Origin: Amphiscolops sp. MND2022
Lineage: Eukaryota
NCBI GenBank assembly: GCA_964187785.1
Contig: OZ076410.1
Span: 63,550,001-63,614,000, forward strand
Direction of reading: 5' to 3'
Length of the DNA: 64,000 nucleotides
Within the stretch, counting starts at the first letter, position 1, and each line of letters starts with the position of its first letter. The translations under genes were made by a program, and so were the position numbers. Below, piece by piece: positions 36,901 through 50,504 of this stretch. The notes beneath the pieces are model-generated. The model was not told where the DNA came from and searched no databases. It worked only from the letters and a program-made list of their open reading frames with translations.

Positions 36901-38834
36901 TGTCTTTCATCATTCTTCTTCGAAGTGAAACTCACTACCGTTGTACTTGAGAGACACTAGTGTAAGTCTACACACTTTCAAAATTCGTCCCAGGAAGCAT
37001 CTAACTTTGGAAAGTAGTCGTATGCCTATCCATACATCTCATACTTGGCGTGATTTCCACGTCACCTAATTTATCGCCCTGTAAAACTTGAAAAAAAACA
37101 TTCATGAGTTTTTTTCTCTCTCTCTCTCTGAACCCTGGACGGACCGTAATCTTCAAAAAATTTTCACACCTAAGTCTAGAAAAACCAAAGATTAGCAAAT
37201 TAATGCATATTTATTCCCAAAGTGTCGTACAGAAAAAAAAACAAATACAGACCACTTTGAATGCCCTAGGAGACAAGACAATATACGGATTATCCAAAAC
37301 TTGGTTGAAAGGAACTGATGATCAAATTCTTTGGGAAATGAACAGAAACCACTTCAAGACATTTATGTTCGATAGAAAATTCGGTAACAAAACCAAAGGA
37401 GGTAGTGATATGCTTATCACACCAAAAACATTGAATCCGAAGTCACGAAATGACTTAAATTGCATAAAAAGAATATAACTAGGAAAATATCTTTGGGTTG
37501 AATGAAATTTTCGACATGTAATTTCAGAATAAAAACAGACAGCTCATTAATATCACCTTCAATCCTTCGAAATCGTTAATCGATTTTTTTTCTGAAAGAA
37601 CAATCAGCTGGCATCGAGATAGCCATCGTTGAATATGAGCAAGTCACAATGTTTTTTTAAAACACAAAGAACGTCAAGGCCTAGAAACAATACCAAATCC
37701 CTATCGCTTTCTTTTTCTCAACCCAACGGAGCCAACGGGAATAGGATTCACTTCAAAATCACTCGTAGACTACATAATAACAGATCTTCCAACCATTGAA
37801 GGCGCAGTCACATACCTATCTGACAACCTGCTAAGAACCTCGAAAAAAAACGAAAGTGGACCAGCTACATCGACAAATACAAATATTTAAATGAAACTTC
37901 GACCACGAGAAACGGTGAAAAAAAAGATTGATGAATGGAAGTACCAACCTGATATTCTGAGAAACTGTCTCTCAGATTCGGATTGCTGTAACCTTGATAT
38001 TTATTAAATTGCTTCAACAAAATGCGTACAAAAAAGGAAAGTGTTCAATCGTGATGACAAAAGTGAACTATCACTTCACAAAAAACGGTTAGCTGCTGAA
38101 CCCAAGAAACTCTATAACGAAATATCACTGAATGTTGATCCGTTTGACGTGAACTATCAAAAAGTTCATATTCGATTTTGAACAACATAGAAGGAAATCG
38201 ATTTTAGAACCAGATAAAAAATTTTAACAATCTTGAAAATTATAAAGACAAGTGGAATTTTATATATGATGCCCGTAATTGTGAGAAGACAAAGACCGAA
38301 AAAAACTATTGACGGAACTCTTACTGTGACATCAAAGCTGACCGCAAAAAAATGGCTAATTTACTCAATCATAGTTTTTCAAAACTAGACGACTATTCAA
38401 AAGAACATAAGCCCTACACTGAAAACTCACACGAGTTGAAAATTAGCGCACCTTTCATGTTTCATCCTTTTGGTCCGTTGAATGTAAGAGATATCTGGAA
38501 ACTTTGAATAAAAACAAACCCATTGGGCCAACTAACATACCTGCTTGGGCGTTGAAAGACTGCTAAACAACCTTGCTGAGCCCTTATGTTTTTAGTTATT
38601 GCATTCAATGAAGAATCGAAGTTCTCCAATCACCTGAAATCAGCATTTGTTATCCCTATTTACAAAAAACCATTAACTACATGCCGATCTCTGTCAGTCC
38701 CGCAATTGCGAAATTGTTCGAAAAGGTTCTAAATGGACAAATATCCAAAAATCTCGCAGAATCATTTGTTGGACAATGCCCAATTTGGATTCCGCAACAA
38801 ATTCTCAACTACAGACGTGCTCTTAAGATCATTA

Positions 38835-41609
38835 CAGTGCATAGGCAAGATATTTTGCTGCTTGCCGTGGAATCTGGGACACGAAAATTGAGAAAAGTCG
38901 TGGAGTCCATGACAAAATTTCCATTGATGTTAAGCGTGCCTTGGATTCCACGACAGTGCTTGTCCTGGATTCCACGCCATTACTGATGCTATAATGACGC
39001 TTTTGCCGCTGCTCTCTGATTGGTCCGCTGATTTTGAGTGATCATTATTGGAAAGGCAGAAGAACTTAAATTGAATCAATTTTATATCAATTGAAACTGT
39101 TTCATTGACACGGAAAATCTCAACGTACGAATAGAAACACTCATGACTGGTACCAAAATTGCAGCATGTCATCAAATAATGGCGTATTGTGATGATCTTG
39201 CAGTTCGTTCAAAACTGGTTGTAAACTTTAAAGAATACGAATATTTGTGTAATAATGGTGTGCTAATTCGAGCAATACTTCCGTGACACTAATACGGTAT
39301 AATAAAAGTTAAAAATTGACGTACTACCCCCTTTGGTACTTTTTTTCGTACAGTTTAAGATTTGTATGTGGTTTCCACCACACTTATATTAAGATATGGA
39401 CTAACTTTCCATTGTCGTTTTAGGACCATTCAAGAACAAGCTCTTTCGTTGAATGTCAATCTAATGAAGTGGCAGTTTATCAAAATCGGCCAGATTTTGA
39501 TGACAAGCCAGATAACATTAAACGCCGTGTTATTTTAAAACGCCATTCAAACAGTTAGATTTTAAATTTTGACCTACTACCCCCATTGGTAGTTGTTTTC
39601 TTACACTTTAAGATATGAAGGTGGTTGCCACGCCACGTGTATAAAGATATGGTCTTACTTTCCATTGTCATTTTAGCGGCCACTAAAATGGATCCGAAGG
39701 TTGATTACTTGTAGGTAGAGGCTAAAGAGTTTAGGGTTTAGGGAGTAGTGTTCTATAGTCAATCAATTATGCAAACGAATTGAAGGCCGTAATAAATATA
39801 TTAGTAAGCTCTTTGGTTGAAGGCCAACCTATCGAAAAATAGTAGTTTGGCAAAAGTTGCCAAGTTATAATATTGAGCCGTTTGTGAATGATCGATTTAA
39901 TTGGTACACTGTCAATGACTTGAATATCTGACGCAAGTTCTGTCGAAAATAAAATGGGGATAATGTCGGACACGACAAAGTTCACAGAAATTGGTTGCCA
40001 AGGTCCTTATGCTGTATTTTATGGTGGCACTCAGCTCGTGAGATACATATTATCACACTTGACAAGTCCCACGACAAGAACGTGGCCTCCAATGGGTCTC
40101 AAAAGTTTGAAAATTAATATGTGAAATGTTGATGACATTGAAGAAGTCGAAGCGATTTGTGACATTGTTGCTGATTCAGTCAGTTGAATATTTTGCGTCA
40201 ATTCACTGTTTGGCAGCTGATCTGATTGAGCCACTTGAGAATGTTGGCGTTGTGCTTTGATTTGAGCAATTATTTGCGTAATTTTCGTTTCTTTCATTTG
40301 AGCTGCCGTGTCATTGGCTGTTATTGTTTTTGTATGCCGCGTGATTGGCTGCTTCTGGCATCTTGATTTCTGTCCTATTCGCGTTGATGTTTGTGCGAAG
40401 TTGCACTTCTCGCTTTTGAAGCTGATGTTGCTTGCGTTTACTGATTTGAAAACTTTTGACACTCCCGATTGGAACCTGAATTATTTGTGAAAAATTTCAC
40501 ATTTGAATTACTTTTGAGACGAATTTCGTTGCTATTACAAGCCGGAGAGGTAAAATTAGTCCTTGATATCTTTCGTGCGAACAAAAAACCGGCCTATTAT
40601 TATACTTTTATGAAAAAAGATTTTGTGATAATTTGGTCCCAATCGTGAGTAAAGAAATTACTCACAATAGAAACCAAAAACATTCATAAATTCTTTCACA
40701 TTTGAATTACTTGTTTACCCGAATTCGTTGCTATTAGAAATCAGAGAGACAAAAACTGTCCGTAATATCTTTCGTGAGGACAAATTTCAGGCCTCTAAGA
40801 ACGCTAACCAATTAGATACATGACACTTTACCAAAATCTGCCCGATTTTAATGATAAGCGAGACATTTAAATATATAAATGTCATACTATTTTGAAACGC
40901 CATACAGATTCAATCAACATTTTCATGAGACAAGGACAATATAATAGATTTAAAAATCAACGTTTTGGAATCTTTGAAAAATACGAATACTGGTGTGCTT
41001 TATTATTCATTTTACATGATCAAAATTAGAAAGGCAGTAGAACTTGAGTTAAATCAGTTTTATATCAATTGAATTGTTTTGATTGACACGGAAAATCCCA
41101 AGGTACGAATAGAGATACTCATGACTGGAGCATCTCATCGAACAATGGCAGAGTGTGATGATCTGGCAGTTTGTTGAAAACTGGTTGTAAACTTTGAAAA
41201 TTACGAATATTTGTGTATTATTTGTGTGTTAGTTTGAATCATCTTGAATTAGTATACGAGAAGTAGTGCATAATGTTATGTTTGTTCAGTCTTCCACTTG
41301 ACTTTAACTCAAGAAAAGATGCCGCGTATCGCGTCAAGCATAAAGTCGTGGAATCCAGGAAATTTATGATTTGTGCAATCTGATTAGTTCATTTGGCCAA
41401 ACTTACGTTTTTGTGGAACCCGTGACAAAGCGGCATGCCGAGAGTGCGTACAACTAAGCATTTGCTGCTGGAATCCACGACAAAATCCATGGAGTCCGGG
41501 ACTTATGACGTAATTTGCCAATTTTTCACGGTTAAGGCATGGTCGTGGAAGCCGAGGTATTGAAAGCACAAAATTGTGCTTTCAGCAAATTTAGCTTGCC
41601 GACGCACTC
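38835..41609. mobile_element. Non-autonomous TIR DNA element (Tc1/mariner-like termini)
   Basis: Left end TA|CAGTGCATAGGCAAGATATTTTGCTG is an imperfect inverted repeat of the right end CAGCAAATTTAGCTTGCCGACGCACT. Subterminal GGAATCC/GGATTCC motifs. It interrupts the LINE RT, and no transposase ORF was seen. Confidence 0.6.
39050..39300 (+). repeat. Internal direct repeat within the TIR element (second copy ~41030-41240)
   Basis: Shared sequence GCAG..GAACTT..AATCA.TTTTATATCAATTGAA..GACACGGAAAATC..CTCATGACTGG. Confidence 0.75.
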
Positions 41610-42799
41610 CATTGATGTCACAGAAAACAAACGAAAGAACGTTAACAACAAAGTTGTTTGCGCTGCGCACCTGGGATCTTTCGAAAGCTCTTGATGTTTT
41701 CTCGCACGATATCCTTCTGAAAAAAATTAAAGCACTAAAGTTTGAAAGCAACGCAGTATCAATGAAAAACAGTTTGCTCAGATACAGAATCCAAAAAGCG
41801 AAAGTTCCTAGTTGCATCTCTGATTGACTCCAGTTATATGAAGGTTTTCCGTGAGAACAGTTTTTGGGTCGCTTCTCTTCAGCACATACGTGAACAGTTT
41901 GTAAGTTTGTATTGATCACAAAAGAACCTTGTTGAAAATGCCAATGATACCATGGTCTTTACCGTACGTAAAAAATTTAATCAGCAGTGGAATCACTGGA
42001 TCTAAACGTTGCAAGTGTTCGTGATTTTTTTTGAAAACCAACAATAGACGCAAAGAAAACAGTCTTTATCACATTCCAAAACTTAAACAAAAACAATTGA
42101 TACAAGAATACCACATTGATAGTTGAAGTTGAAATCATTCGCTCAACAAGCACTATCAAGTAAATGGGTGTCTATCTGGACAAAAATCTATCATAACAAT
42201 TCTAGAAATCGTTAAACATATTTTCCGGAAAATGGCATTCAAAATCGAAACGCTCTTTTCCATCAGGGACAATTTCCCTGAAAAAAGTCGTTTACTGCGT
42301 TTGAATGCCCTTTTATTCAGTCATCTCTACTACCCGGCACTTTCATTGAAACGTTTTACTGAAAACCTCAACACCATATTAGATTAATAACAGGAATGAA
42401 TAAAAGCGTGTGTCAATCGAACAAAGTACGATCGATCATCACATCTTAAGATCGAACTTAACATCCTACCGACTCGACACTTCCTTAGAAACAAAACAAC
42501 ATCATACGTCTGGAAATGGAAAATCTACTAATCCCGGCATTCCGAGACTCACAACTGGACACTGGCAAAATACGAAAAGAATCCAGAACCGAGATTCTTC
42601 ACTTCAATTTCTTTTTTAGATCTGATTTTCTGAAAACAAATTTTTCGAATATAAAACTGTACCCCTGTGGAACACCCTTCCAAAAATATACGCAGTAGAA
42701 CTTTAAAAGTCTTTTTGTTATTGCCGAAATTAAATTCAAAACGTTATATCTCGCAAAAGAACAGAAATCAATTTTCTGAAAATGGAAAAAAGTGTTGTA

Positions 42800-45100
42800 G
42801 GAGCTATCAATTTGAATAGCGTTTATACCCCCCTGGAGTTTTTGTCTTGCCTGTTGTTTTTAAATTTGCATCAGTTTCAATTACACTGTTCCCTGTATTA
42901 GCTTTCCAAAATTTTGATTTCGTTCTAATGTGTGACCTTTTGAAACGTATAATACGGTTTTCTTTCTGATTGGTTACATTGAAGGCAGAACTGACCACCT
43001 GTAGTAATTAGAAATTTTTATCGCATATATTTTTCCGTATCAGGGGCTCACGAATTCAATGGGTTTTGAATTACAGTTGGGTTGTTGTTGCCAAAAAGTG
43101 GTTCCCAGTTCTCTTGTGCTGGCGTCCGCTTTTAGTAAGTGTCGATAATTGGGAGTTATATTGAGCTAAGAACGGTACTTCTGTGATTTTTAGGTCAACT
43201 TTTTGAACGCCTTAGTGTGTCCTTCTGTCCATTACCTTTCGTTGTACTTTTTCTTGTAGTTTATTTGAAAAGGTCACTATGTGTTTGATAAGTTTGATAT
43301 ATTTTGAAAGGTAGTGAATGGCCCCCAAAAACGACTTTGGTTTTTCATTGATTGTTTTTGTTGTTCTTTCATTGCTTGCAGCTTGTCTTGCAACGGTGTG
43401 AAACCGTTTTGGTTCATTTTTTCGTCGATCCATTTTCTTTCTGTTTCGAACAGTTCGGATTCATTTTCATTCAGGCTGTATCTGGGGTTTTATAATTTTG
43501 TTAGCACGTCTGTCAATTCGTCGATGTGTTTGTGTTTTGAACCTTTTGTTATTTCAAAAATACCGTCCAATCAGGCTGGGTGACCACTTTCAAGCGCTTG
43601 GTCAATTTGTTTTTGGAATACGGTTGGAATTTCTGCCAGCTCGTAAATTTATTTTGATAATCGATAGTATTTTGTGAAAATTCCGCCGGTGACGGCAAAA
43701 GTAAAAAGGTTCACTGCTTTTTTGGATAACTGAAGTTGACCGTATGGGTAATCTTGAACGAAATTTGGTATCCAAATTGATACTTTTGATTAGGTATCGT
43801 GATTGATTGTTGGGTCGTATTTACCTGGTTCAATGAAACCGAAATTTCCCATCCAGTTAAGCCCCAGGAGTGGGTCTGTTTTGTGTTGTTATAAAAACTT
43901 CCACTTGTTTCTTTACCCAGTCTATTTCCATGGTAGGCAATGTCTGGCCTTAAAAAGTGAGTCAATTGTAGTTCACGTCTCGAAAGTCTAGTATTATCAG
44001 CTTTGTTACAGTTGTGTTTTAAAGTTCTGTTTTAGAATAATAGTCACAGGTGAGCTGGCGTCAAGTATGAAGTTTCTTGATCAATTGTTGATCAATACAA
44101 TGATCGTGTAGAACGATGGTCCGTTCTTGCTGTCGGTTCTTGTTGAATGGATTCTCGGTAGTTTTGTGTATGTTCTGCCCGGTGTCCATTAATCTACATC
44201 CGCGCTGTACGTTTCTTCTGCTCTCATATGGTTCGTCTTCCGTCGTGACCGGGAGCATTTGGCAGAGTGTCGGGCTTTTTCCCATTTTGGGCATTTGTTT
44301 CCTTTGTCGGGCATTCACGTCTTAACCAATTCGGTGCGCTGCATTTGATGCAATCCAGTTCCCTGCTTTTGTTTTTCGATCTGTTGGTTTTTTTGTGTTT
44401 TTTATTCTTCTTTTTTTTTCTATGTCAGATTTTGTTTTTTCAAGTCTTTGGTGATTCCTTAAGCTTCTTATACATCTACTCTTCTGTTGCAATGATTTTT
44501 GCCTCAACCGACATGTCTTTGCTTTTTTTTCGCCTAAAATTTGCCTTATTTTTTCTTATGAGTGAACTATTTTGAGGCAAGTAGTTCCTCTGCTGTGACT
44601 GTTTCAAACTAAAAAATCTTTCCAAAAACGTTTCCATACGCCCGCTGCTGATTCGCTACCCTTTCTCCTGCGATCGAAGTAATCGGCGCGTCAGTTACGG
44701 ACTACCCTCCGCTGTTTTGAATACTGCTGGCGTGTAGAAAGTTCTGTTTTCAGTTTCTTGAGGCGGCTTCAGTTACGTTTTACACATTACTACGTTTCAA
44801 AATTTCAGTTGTTCATTTTTGGATTTTATATCCAAAAAATTTGATTTATGTTATTTCTTCTTCAAGGATTGCTCTCAGTTTCTCCAACTGCTTACCCTCA
44901 ATCTTTTGTGAATTTGGACGAGAAGGACCTGCAATGATGACGTCCTGGTCGCCTGAACCTATGTTTTCCGCCAAAACTGGGGAAAAAATTCGGGACTTAC
45001 GGCTTTAGCGATTCTGGCCGAGAAGCTTTTCTCTTTTATCTTCCATTAGACATCTTTTTCGAGGCGATTGAAGATTTGAAGTTTCAACTTGAAATCGTTC
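42800..45100 (-). pseudogene. Decayed Mag-like Gypsy gag-pol fragment
   Basis: Minus strand: CIKCSAPNW..CP..KCPK..K.RHSAKC knuckle (~44240-44350), RT tail SFLGAIHYLSKYI, RNase H start TDAST..LG.T.WQ. Confidence 0.65.
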
Positions 45101-45344
45101 ATTCGCTTTTGATGTTTAAATGCTTGAGTTTCACAAATTGAGAGATTGGAATCAAGCTAAAGTTGCATCAAAATGATATGAAACGCATAGATGTGAAATG
45201 TTTGCTTTCATCGCATATCGTACGAAGAAAACAAAAACTGCAACGAAACTGATTATCAAGACAAGTATTCGACTATTCCGTTCAAAAACTGTTTAAGTAA
45301 CACAAACTGAACATAAGCTGCGACTTCCTCATTAGACACATGAC

Positions 45345-45415
45345 AAAACACCGTTAGTTAGTTCAGTGAAAACACCGTTAGTTAGTTCAGTTCAAAACAC
45401 AAAGTTAGTTCAGTG
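45345..45415 (+). repeat. Tandem repeat, ~24 bp x3
   Basis: AAAACACCGTTAGTTAGTTCAGT units. Confidence 0.85.
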
Positions 45416-45689
45416 ACTCTTAACTTAAATACTATGTTTTTTTTCAACTTCAGACTGATTTGACGCAACCTTGTCAATTAAATATGATTTTTTATCCAGC
45501 CTAATTGCTGACGTAGTGTTGATGTAAATTCAAAGTCAGGCTCAAATGCTTAGTTTGCGACGTAGTGCCACGTAAACCTTTATGATAATTTTACCAATGA
45601 TTCCTCCGTTGATTTGATGAATAAATAATCATCAACTGATCAATAAAGTTCACTATTATAACATTTGAATGAGAATTGGGGAAATTTTT

Positions 45690-46000
45690 CCAAGAATTCA
45701 GACATCTTCCAGGAATCGACAAAATTTCCAAGACTCGACACAATTTTCAAGAATCGGCAAAATTTTGAGAATCGACAAACTAATGTTAATACATTATCTC
45801 CATGTATTACCATTAGTCTATATTCTCGAATGATTTCTTCTTGATTCTTGAAATTGGTGGATATACATGCGCACTATTGTTTTCTCGATTCTTGATTTTT
45901 ATAGGCGGCATAAACAATTCCTTTGGAATTCAATTTTCAAGAATCGAGAACAAAATCGCTTTGCTTGGTTAAGTTTACACTTTTCTCGATTCTTGAGAAT
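45690..46000. repeat. ~20-bp minisatellite with downstream inverted copies
   Basis: TTTTCAAGAATCGAC-like units at 45690-45780 and TTCTCGATTCTTG copies at ~45880-46000. Confidence 0.6.
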
Positions 46001-46329
46001 TTGAACATTTCCCACTTTGGCGTCGTAATGTGCTGACGTAGATTCAAAATCAATCTTAGCTAGCATCCCCTGTTTATGTAGTGCTGACGTAAATTTGAAA
46101 AGGCTTTGATATTACTGCACTCTAGTAAGAACGTACTTTGGAATATCTAGCTAGGCTCTCACGTCACTCTGATGTCACGAGCCAATTTGTTGAAGTTTCC
46201 TACGTTGTTGTGACGTCATGCTTATAGTTTCATCAGCGGGCGCTACCAATGATTATTCACTTAAGGTCCGTTATCGTTCTGCTTTTCAAGTTTCAATTAA
46301 GCGTCCTTTCTCAGAAAATAGTGAAGCTT

Positions 46330-47900
46330 TGTTGTTCAAACTTTGATGTATTTTCTCTTTTTTGATCTGAATATAGCTTTTTTCAAGCGTGTATTGCAAC
46401 ATGTTTCAGGTGGAGCATGGTTTTGTTTCCGGCGTAGTTGAATCGTCCTTGTAAAAAAGCGTGAAATTCTTTCAATTTTGTCTGTTTTGATACTTTGTTC
46501 TTTTTTCACATTTGTAATATTCGCGCTAGTCAATGCTTGGTTTCTTAGTTCAGTTCACTGGTAAAGAGTACAATCTAAATTGTTTTATAGAACAACCTTG
46601 CCCCCTTCCGATACCCACGCGCCGGCCACTGCAATCCAGTCCTGGTGCGGACTCTGACATCGACTATGCTGTACGTGTTTCTATGGTGTGAAAAGTAGGC
46701 GAATTAAGGCGAATACCTTGTAACGGTAGATAACTGTGTTCTTGTTCTCTAACTTTCTGGTCATCTCCATAATTGCATTTTGTCTGATGGCTGAGATAAA
46801 TATATCTTTGATCCCTATTTCTAGTTGTTCACGATACTCTAGTAGAATATCTCCTGAAGTTGTCAACGTTGACAATTTCTTTAGGTCGATTTCTTTAATC
46901 TTATAGTACGTATTGGACACTTTTCTGCCGTCACATATTTGCACCAGAGCTGTCTTATTTCTCTAAACTTGGATTAGTCAATTTCTTCTAGGTGCAAATC
47001 CGGTCTCACGTTCTGGTCATCATTTCGTTGGCCAGTAGTTGTCTACGGGATATTTGTCCCGTCATCCGGGTTGATTGCTCTTCATTCAATTGCGGAGTGA
47101 TGTCTGCGTCGTCCATTCATGATGGCATCTGTTCCATTGAATGGGAACAGATACTTCTTAGCTTACCGAAGGTTATCTCGACTGTTGTATCATAAGCTTT
47201 ATAAAAGAGTTCGATAATACCACTGTTTTCATTGTGTACTTTTGTATCTAACTGAATGTATAATATATAATAAAGAGATAGTTAGAGCAGGTACTCTAGA
47301 CAGTCTAAGTTGCCCTAACGTATTTAATCAACATAATAAGTGCGTTGTTTAGAGTTTGATCTCTACATCCACTTCATGTCCCTTTTGGGAATTCGTACAA
47401 TAGATTGTAAAATCTTAAAATCGAATTTTCAAACTGAGCCAAAAATATCTAAAGCAAATGGTTAAAAAATTACATATTTGACTGTGTTTCATCTAAGTTT
47501 CCTTTGGTTTGGTCGGGGATCGGGTTCGTTGGGTTGAGGTCAAAATCCTTGAATAATCTTTACAACGAATGCATGTTTTTGTCAAACCGGATTGACAGCT
47601 GCTTTAAAATTTTAAATAAAGGATTGACCAGTTTCAGTGTGGACGTTTTTGAATGTTTTTCCCAGCAATCTTTGCTAGAAACTATCAGACGCATTTTGAG
47701 AAGGAAAGTGGAAAGTACTTTCCACTTGCCGAGCGTTTTGCGTGTTTAAGGGTTTGGAAAGCAAGTGTCCGTGGGTTCGAATGCTGCACAGTGCTAAGTT
47801 TTTAAGCTGGCCTAGGATCTGAAGACGTCCAAGGGGTGTCAAAGGGGTTCCTTTGATTGTTATTAAATTGATAACTTGAGCAAGAGTGCTGATAAAGCCT
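46330..47900 (-). pseudogene. Further decayed Gypsy fragments (gag-like 46330-47200; pol-tail-like 47500-47900)
   Basis: DILLEYREQLEIGIKDIFISAIRQNAIMEMTR reads as a gag-like segment, heavily broken. Confidence 0.45.
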
Positions 47901-49155
47901 CTGAACTGTAGAATAAATTAAAGAGACGAGGACCGGAAGCGACCGGTGAAGTTTATAACACCTATCATGATTGTGATGCCTGTGATTGTTGCTGAAGGCG
48001 GAAAGAGTTAATTTATTCAATCAACTTCCGAAGTCGATAAACAACTGATAGTTTCACCATTTTATGTGTCTTTGGTAAAAGTTTATCTTCTACAATTTGA
48101 CCAGCCGTTTTTCAGCGTGTTCTCGCTTTCACTCCATTTGCATTTTCCCAGATTTCATATTTCATTTAGTTAAATTTTAGTTAAATTTCCTTTTCTAGTG
48201 ATCTTGAAAAATGGAAAAACGTAAATGTTTCATATAATGCCGGTCAAACATCAACAGTGACCTACATTGCAATTAATTAGCATCAGTGTGTTTTGCGCAC
48301 TTTTGTCCTGGAAAAATAGGACAAAAACTTTAATTGTTATAATCTTGAACATTTCAAAGTCCGAGTTGCAGCATCAAATGAAACGTGTCGTAAAATGTTT
48401 TTAATCAGGAAACCATTTCTTGAGTTTCCACAGATTCACATGCATATAAGTAGTGTAAGTCAGAGTTCTAAGTTCCCTCTATAATGAAAAAAAACGTTTC
48501 AATGAAAGCTTTTCGAACGAATGATTGAGTAATTTCAACTTGTGTGAACTCAATAATGGATTGTATTAACTAATAATACACGTGGAGTCAAAGTGTGACC
48601 AATTAATTCTAACTAGCCTTCACTGAAAACCTGGAACATGATAATATGAAAGAGGATTCAAATCACGCGCTGGTAGCTACTTGGGCTTTAATCTTTTGTT
48701 ACCTCTTCATCTCAGTCGACGCAGACATTCTATGTTCCAACAAAGTTAGTTTGCAAAATGCTCGATTTCTTATAGATGAAATTTTGCAAAGTGTGCCTGA
48801 TTTGCATTTTCTGAAGATTCGTCTGGATATATTTTAATTGAGAATTATTCTTTGTGTGAGGAGTTGTGTTTTTTTTCGATAAACTCAATTCTCAATAGTA
48901 AAAGTGCTAGGATGAAATTTCTTTGCATGCTACTAAAAAGTAAGATCAAAGATTTCCACTCAAATTATCCAATTTAAAAAGCATAACAGCATACATAGTC
49001 CATCACGATCAATCAAAAATTATATGAGTTTTTAAGATTCCAAAAACATTCAGGATTTCCAACAATGTAGTTTGCTCCTGCATGAAAAGCCTTATATGAA
49101 ACCTTCCGTGAAGCAAGTTTTGAAAACAAACTGGACAACTGAAAATGAAAATAGC

Positions 49156-50492
49156 TGTCACAGCCAGCTCCCGGCTGTTATTACTTTAAACGCGATTGCT
49201 TCTGTTAAATATACTGTTGTGAACTAAATGGAATGCTTTGTGACGTCATCAAGACAGCTATGCTAGCAATACGGTATTATTTGGAATGATTTTTGTGACG
49301 TCATTAGTACGAGAATTGGAATGATTTTTGAGCTTGCCGTAATACCTCCGTAAACCACCGCTCAGCTATGCCTAATTTTAATACGTACGGAGCAGTTACG
49401 GAGCAATTACAGCTGTGCCTAATCTTAATACGTACGGAGCGACTACGGAGCAATTTCACGGTTGTAGTTACAAAATTAGGGAACTGAACACAATGTAGGA
49501 TAAAATTTCCTCAGGAATTGATGATTGCAAAGATTTTGTGAAAAGAATGCAACGTAAAGACAACGTCATATGAATAGATGCTTGCTTTCAGATGAATTTC
49601 ATACCAGTGTTTTCATTGAGTGTTCTGCATTTATACTATTGAATCGAAATTGTCAATCGAGGTAATAATGTGTTTATGTCATTAACCGATGTTCTGATTA
49701 GCATTTTTCAAAGTGTGGAATTTTTTGACCGGAAGGTCTCCGTTGTTTTAGTATTTATGTGATTGTATGTTTAGCTTAGATATCTTTACGTCGTTTTATG
49801 TTCGTGTTATAATAATGGCATTAACTGCAAACTGTTATTCCGGCATCATTTCTCCTTTTCATCAGTATTCAAATGTTTCCGCTCTCAAAATTATTTAGTC
49901 CGTCTTACTTACGTCATCATTTTTGCTAGTCTTACTTTTGTCTTGAGCACTTGAATTCCCAACTTGGAAATAGACAAATTGATCACGCCGTCGTGCCTCC
50001 GTCGATAAAAATTTCAAGCAGGCTCTCATTTTGCCGCCATTTTGACGTTCAAACAAGATGTGTATCGTTTGAACAAAAATGATTTGAACAAAAGTTACGG
50101 AAAGGCGACGCAACTAGGAATTTCGATACCTGATTTTGTGACGTGGGACTGAAATAATGTGAATCAACTGGGTTTTTGTGTGAACAAACCTGATTTTAGT
50201 GATACCTAGGAATTTTTAGGTGAGGAACAAATGATGCTAGGAAAGTATAAACATATTGGTTTTGTAAATTAAATCAGAAAAGTTCAAAGTGATCATTGTT
50301 GAACTGTTATACACCGTTGTTAAAACCATTTTCTTTTGAAAATTCAAACTCTTTCAAACTTGTATTGTATAAACTCGAATATGAAACCCGGAAATCAGAA
50401 AAGGCTGAAAATATATTCATAGCACCTACACCAACATCCATAAAAAATTAAAACTACTACCCAAAATAACGCTCCGTTAAGTAGTCGTAACA
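49156..50492 (+). repeat. LTR copy 1 of the tandem array (1337 bp)
   Basis: TG...CA termini, followed by the PBS. Confidence 0.8.
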
Positions 50493-50504
50493 TGGTGACA
50501 GGAG
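50493..50504 (+). promoter_or_regulatory. Primer binding site TGGTGACAGGAG
   Basis: Identical 12-mer to the PBS of element C, directly after CA. Confidence 0.75.

Larger units (their letters stand above)
37200..42750 (+). mobile_element. Decayed LINE ORF2 (AP endonuclease and RT) interrupted by a TIR element at 38835-41609
   Basis: LSKTWL..DRKFGNKTKGG (endonuclease) at ~37290-37400. PISVSPAIAKLFEK and QFGFRNKFST lie before the insertion, and DLSKALD plus later RT remnants resume after it. Confidence 0.7.

Noticed and set aside
45345-45415. Short repeats as a CRISPR array
   Set aside because: The units are adjacent with no unique spacers, there are no cas genes, and the context is eukaryotic.
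49895-50113. Minus-strand ORFs repeated in the tandem array (also 52575-52793, 54778-55098, 50457-50783, 53144-53461)
   Set aside because: They recur only because the unit is repeated. Lengths and ends vary, and there are no motifs.
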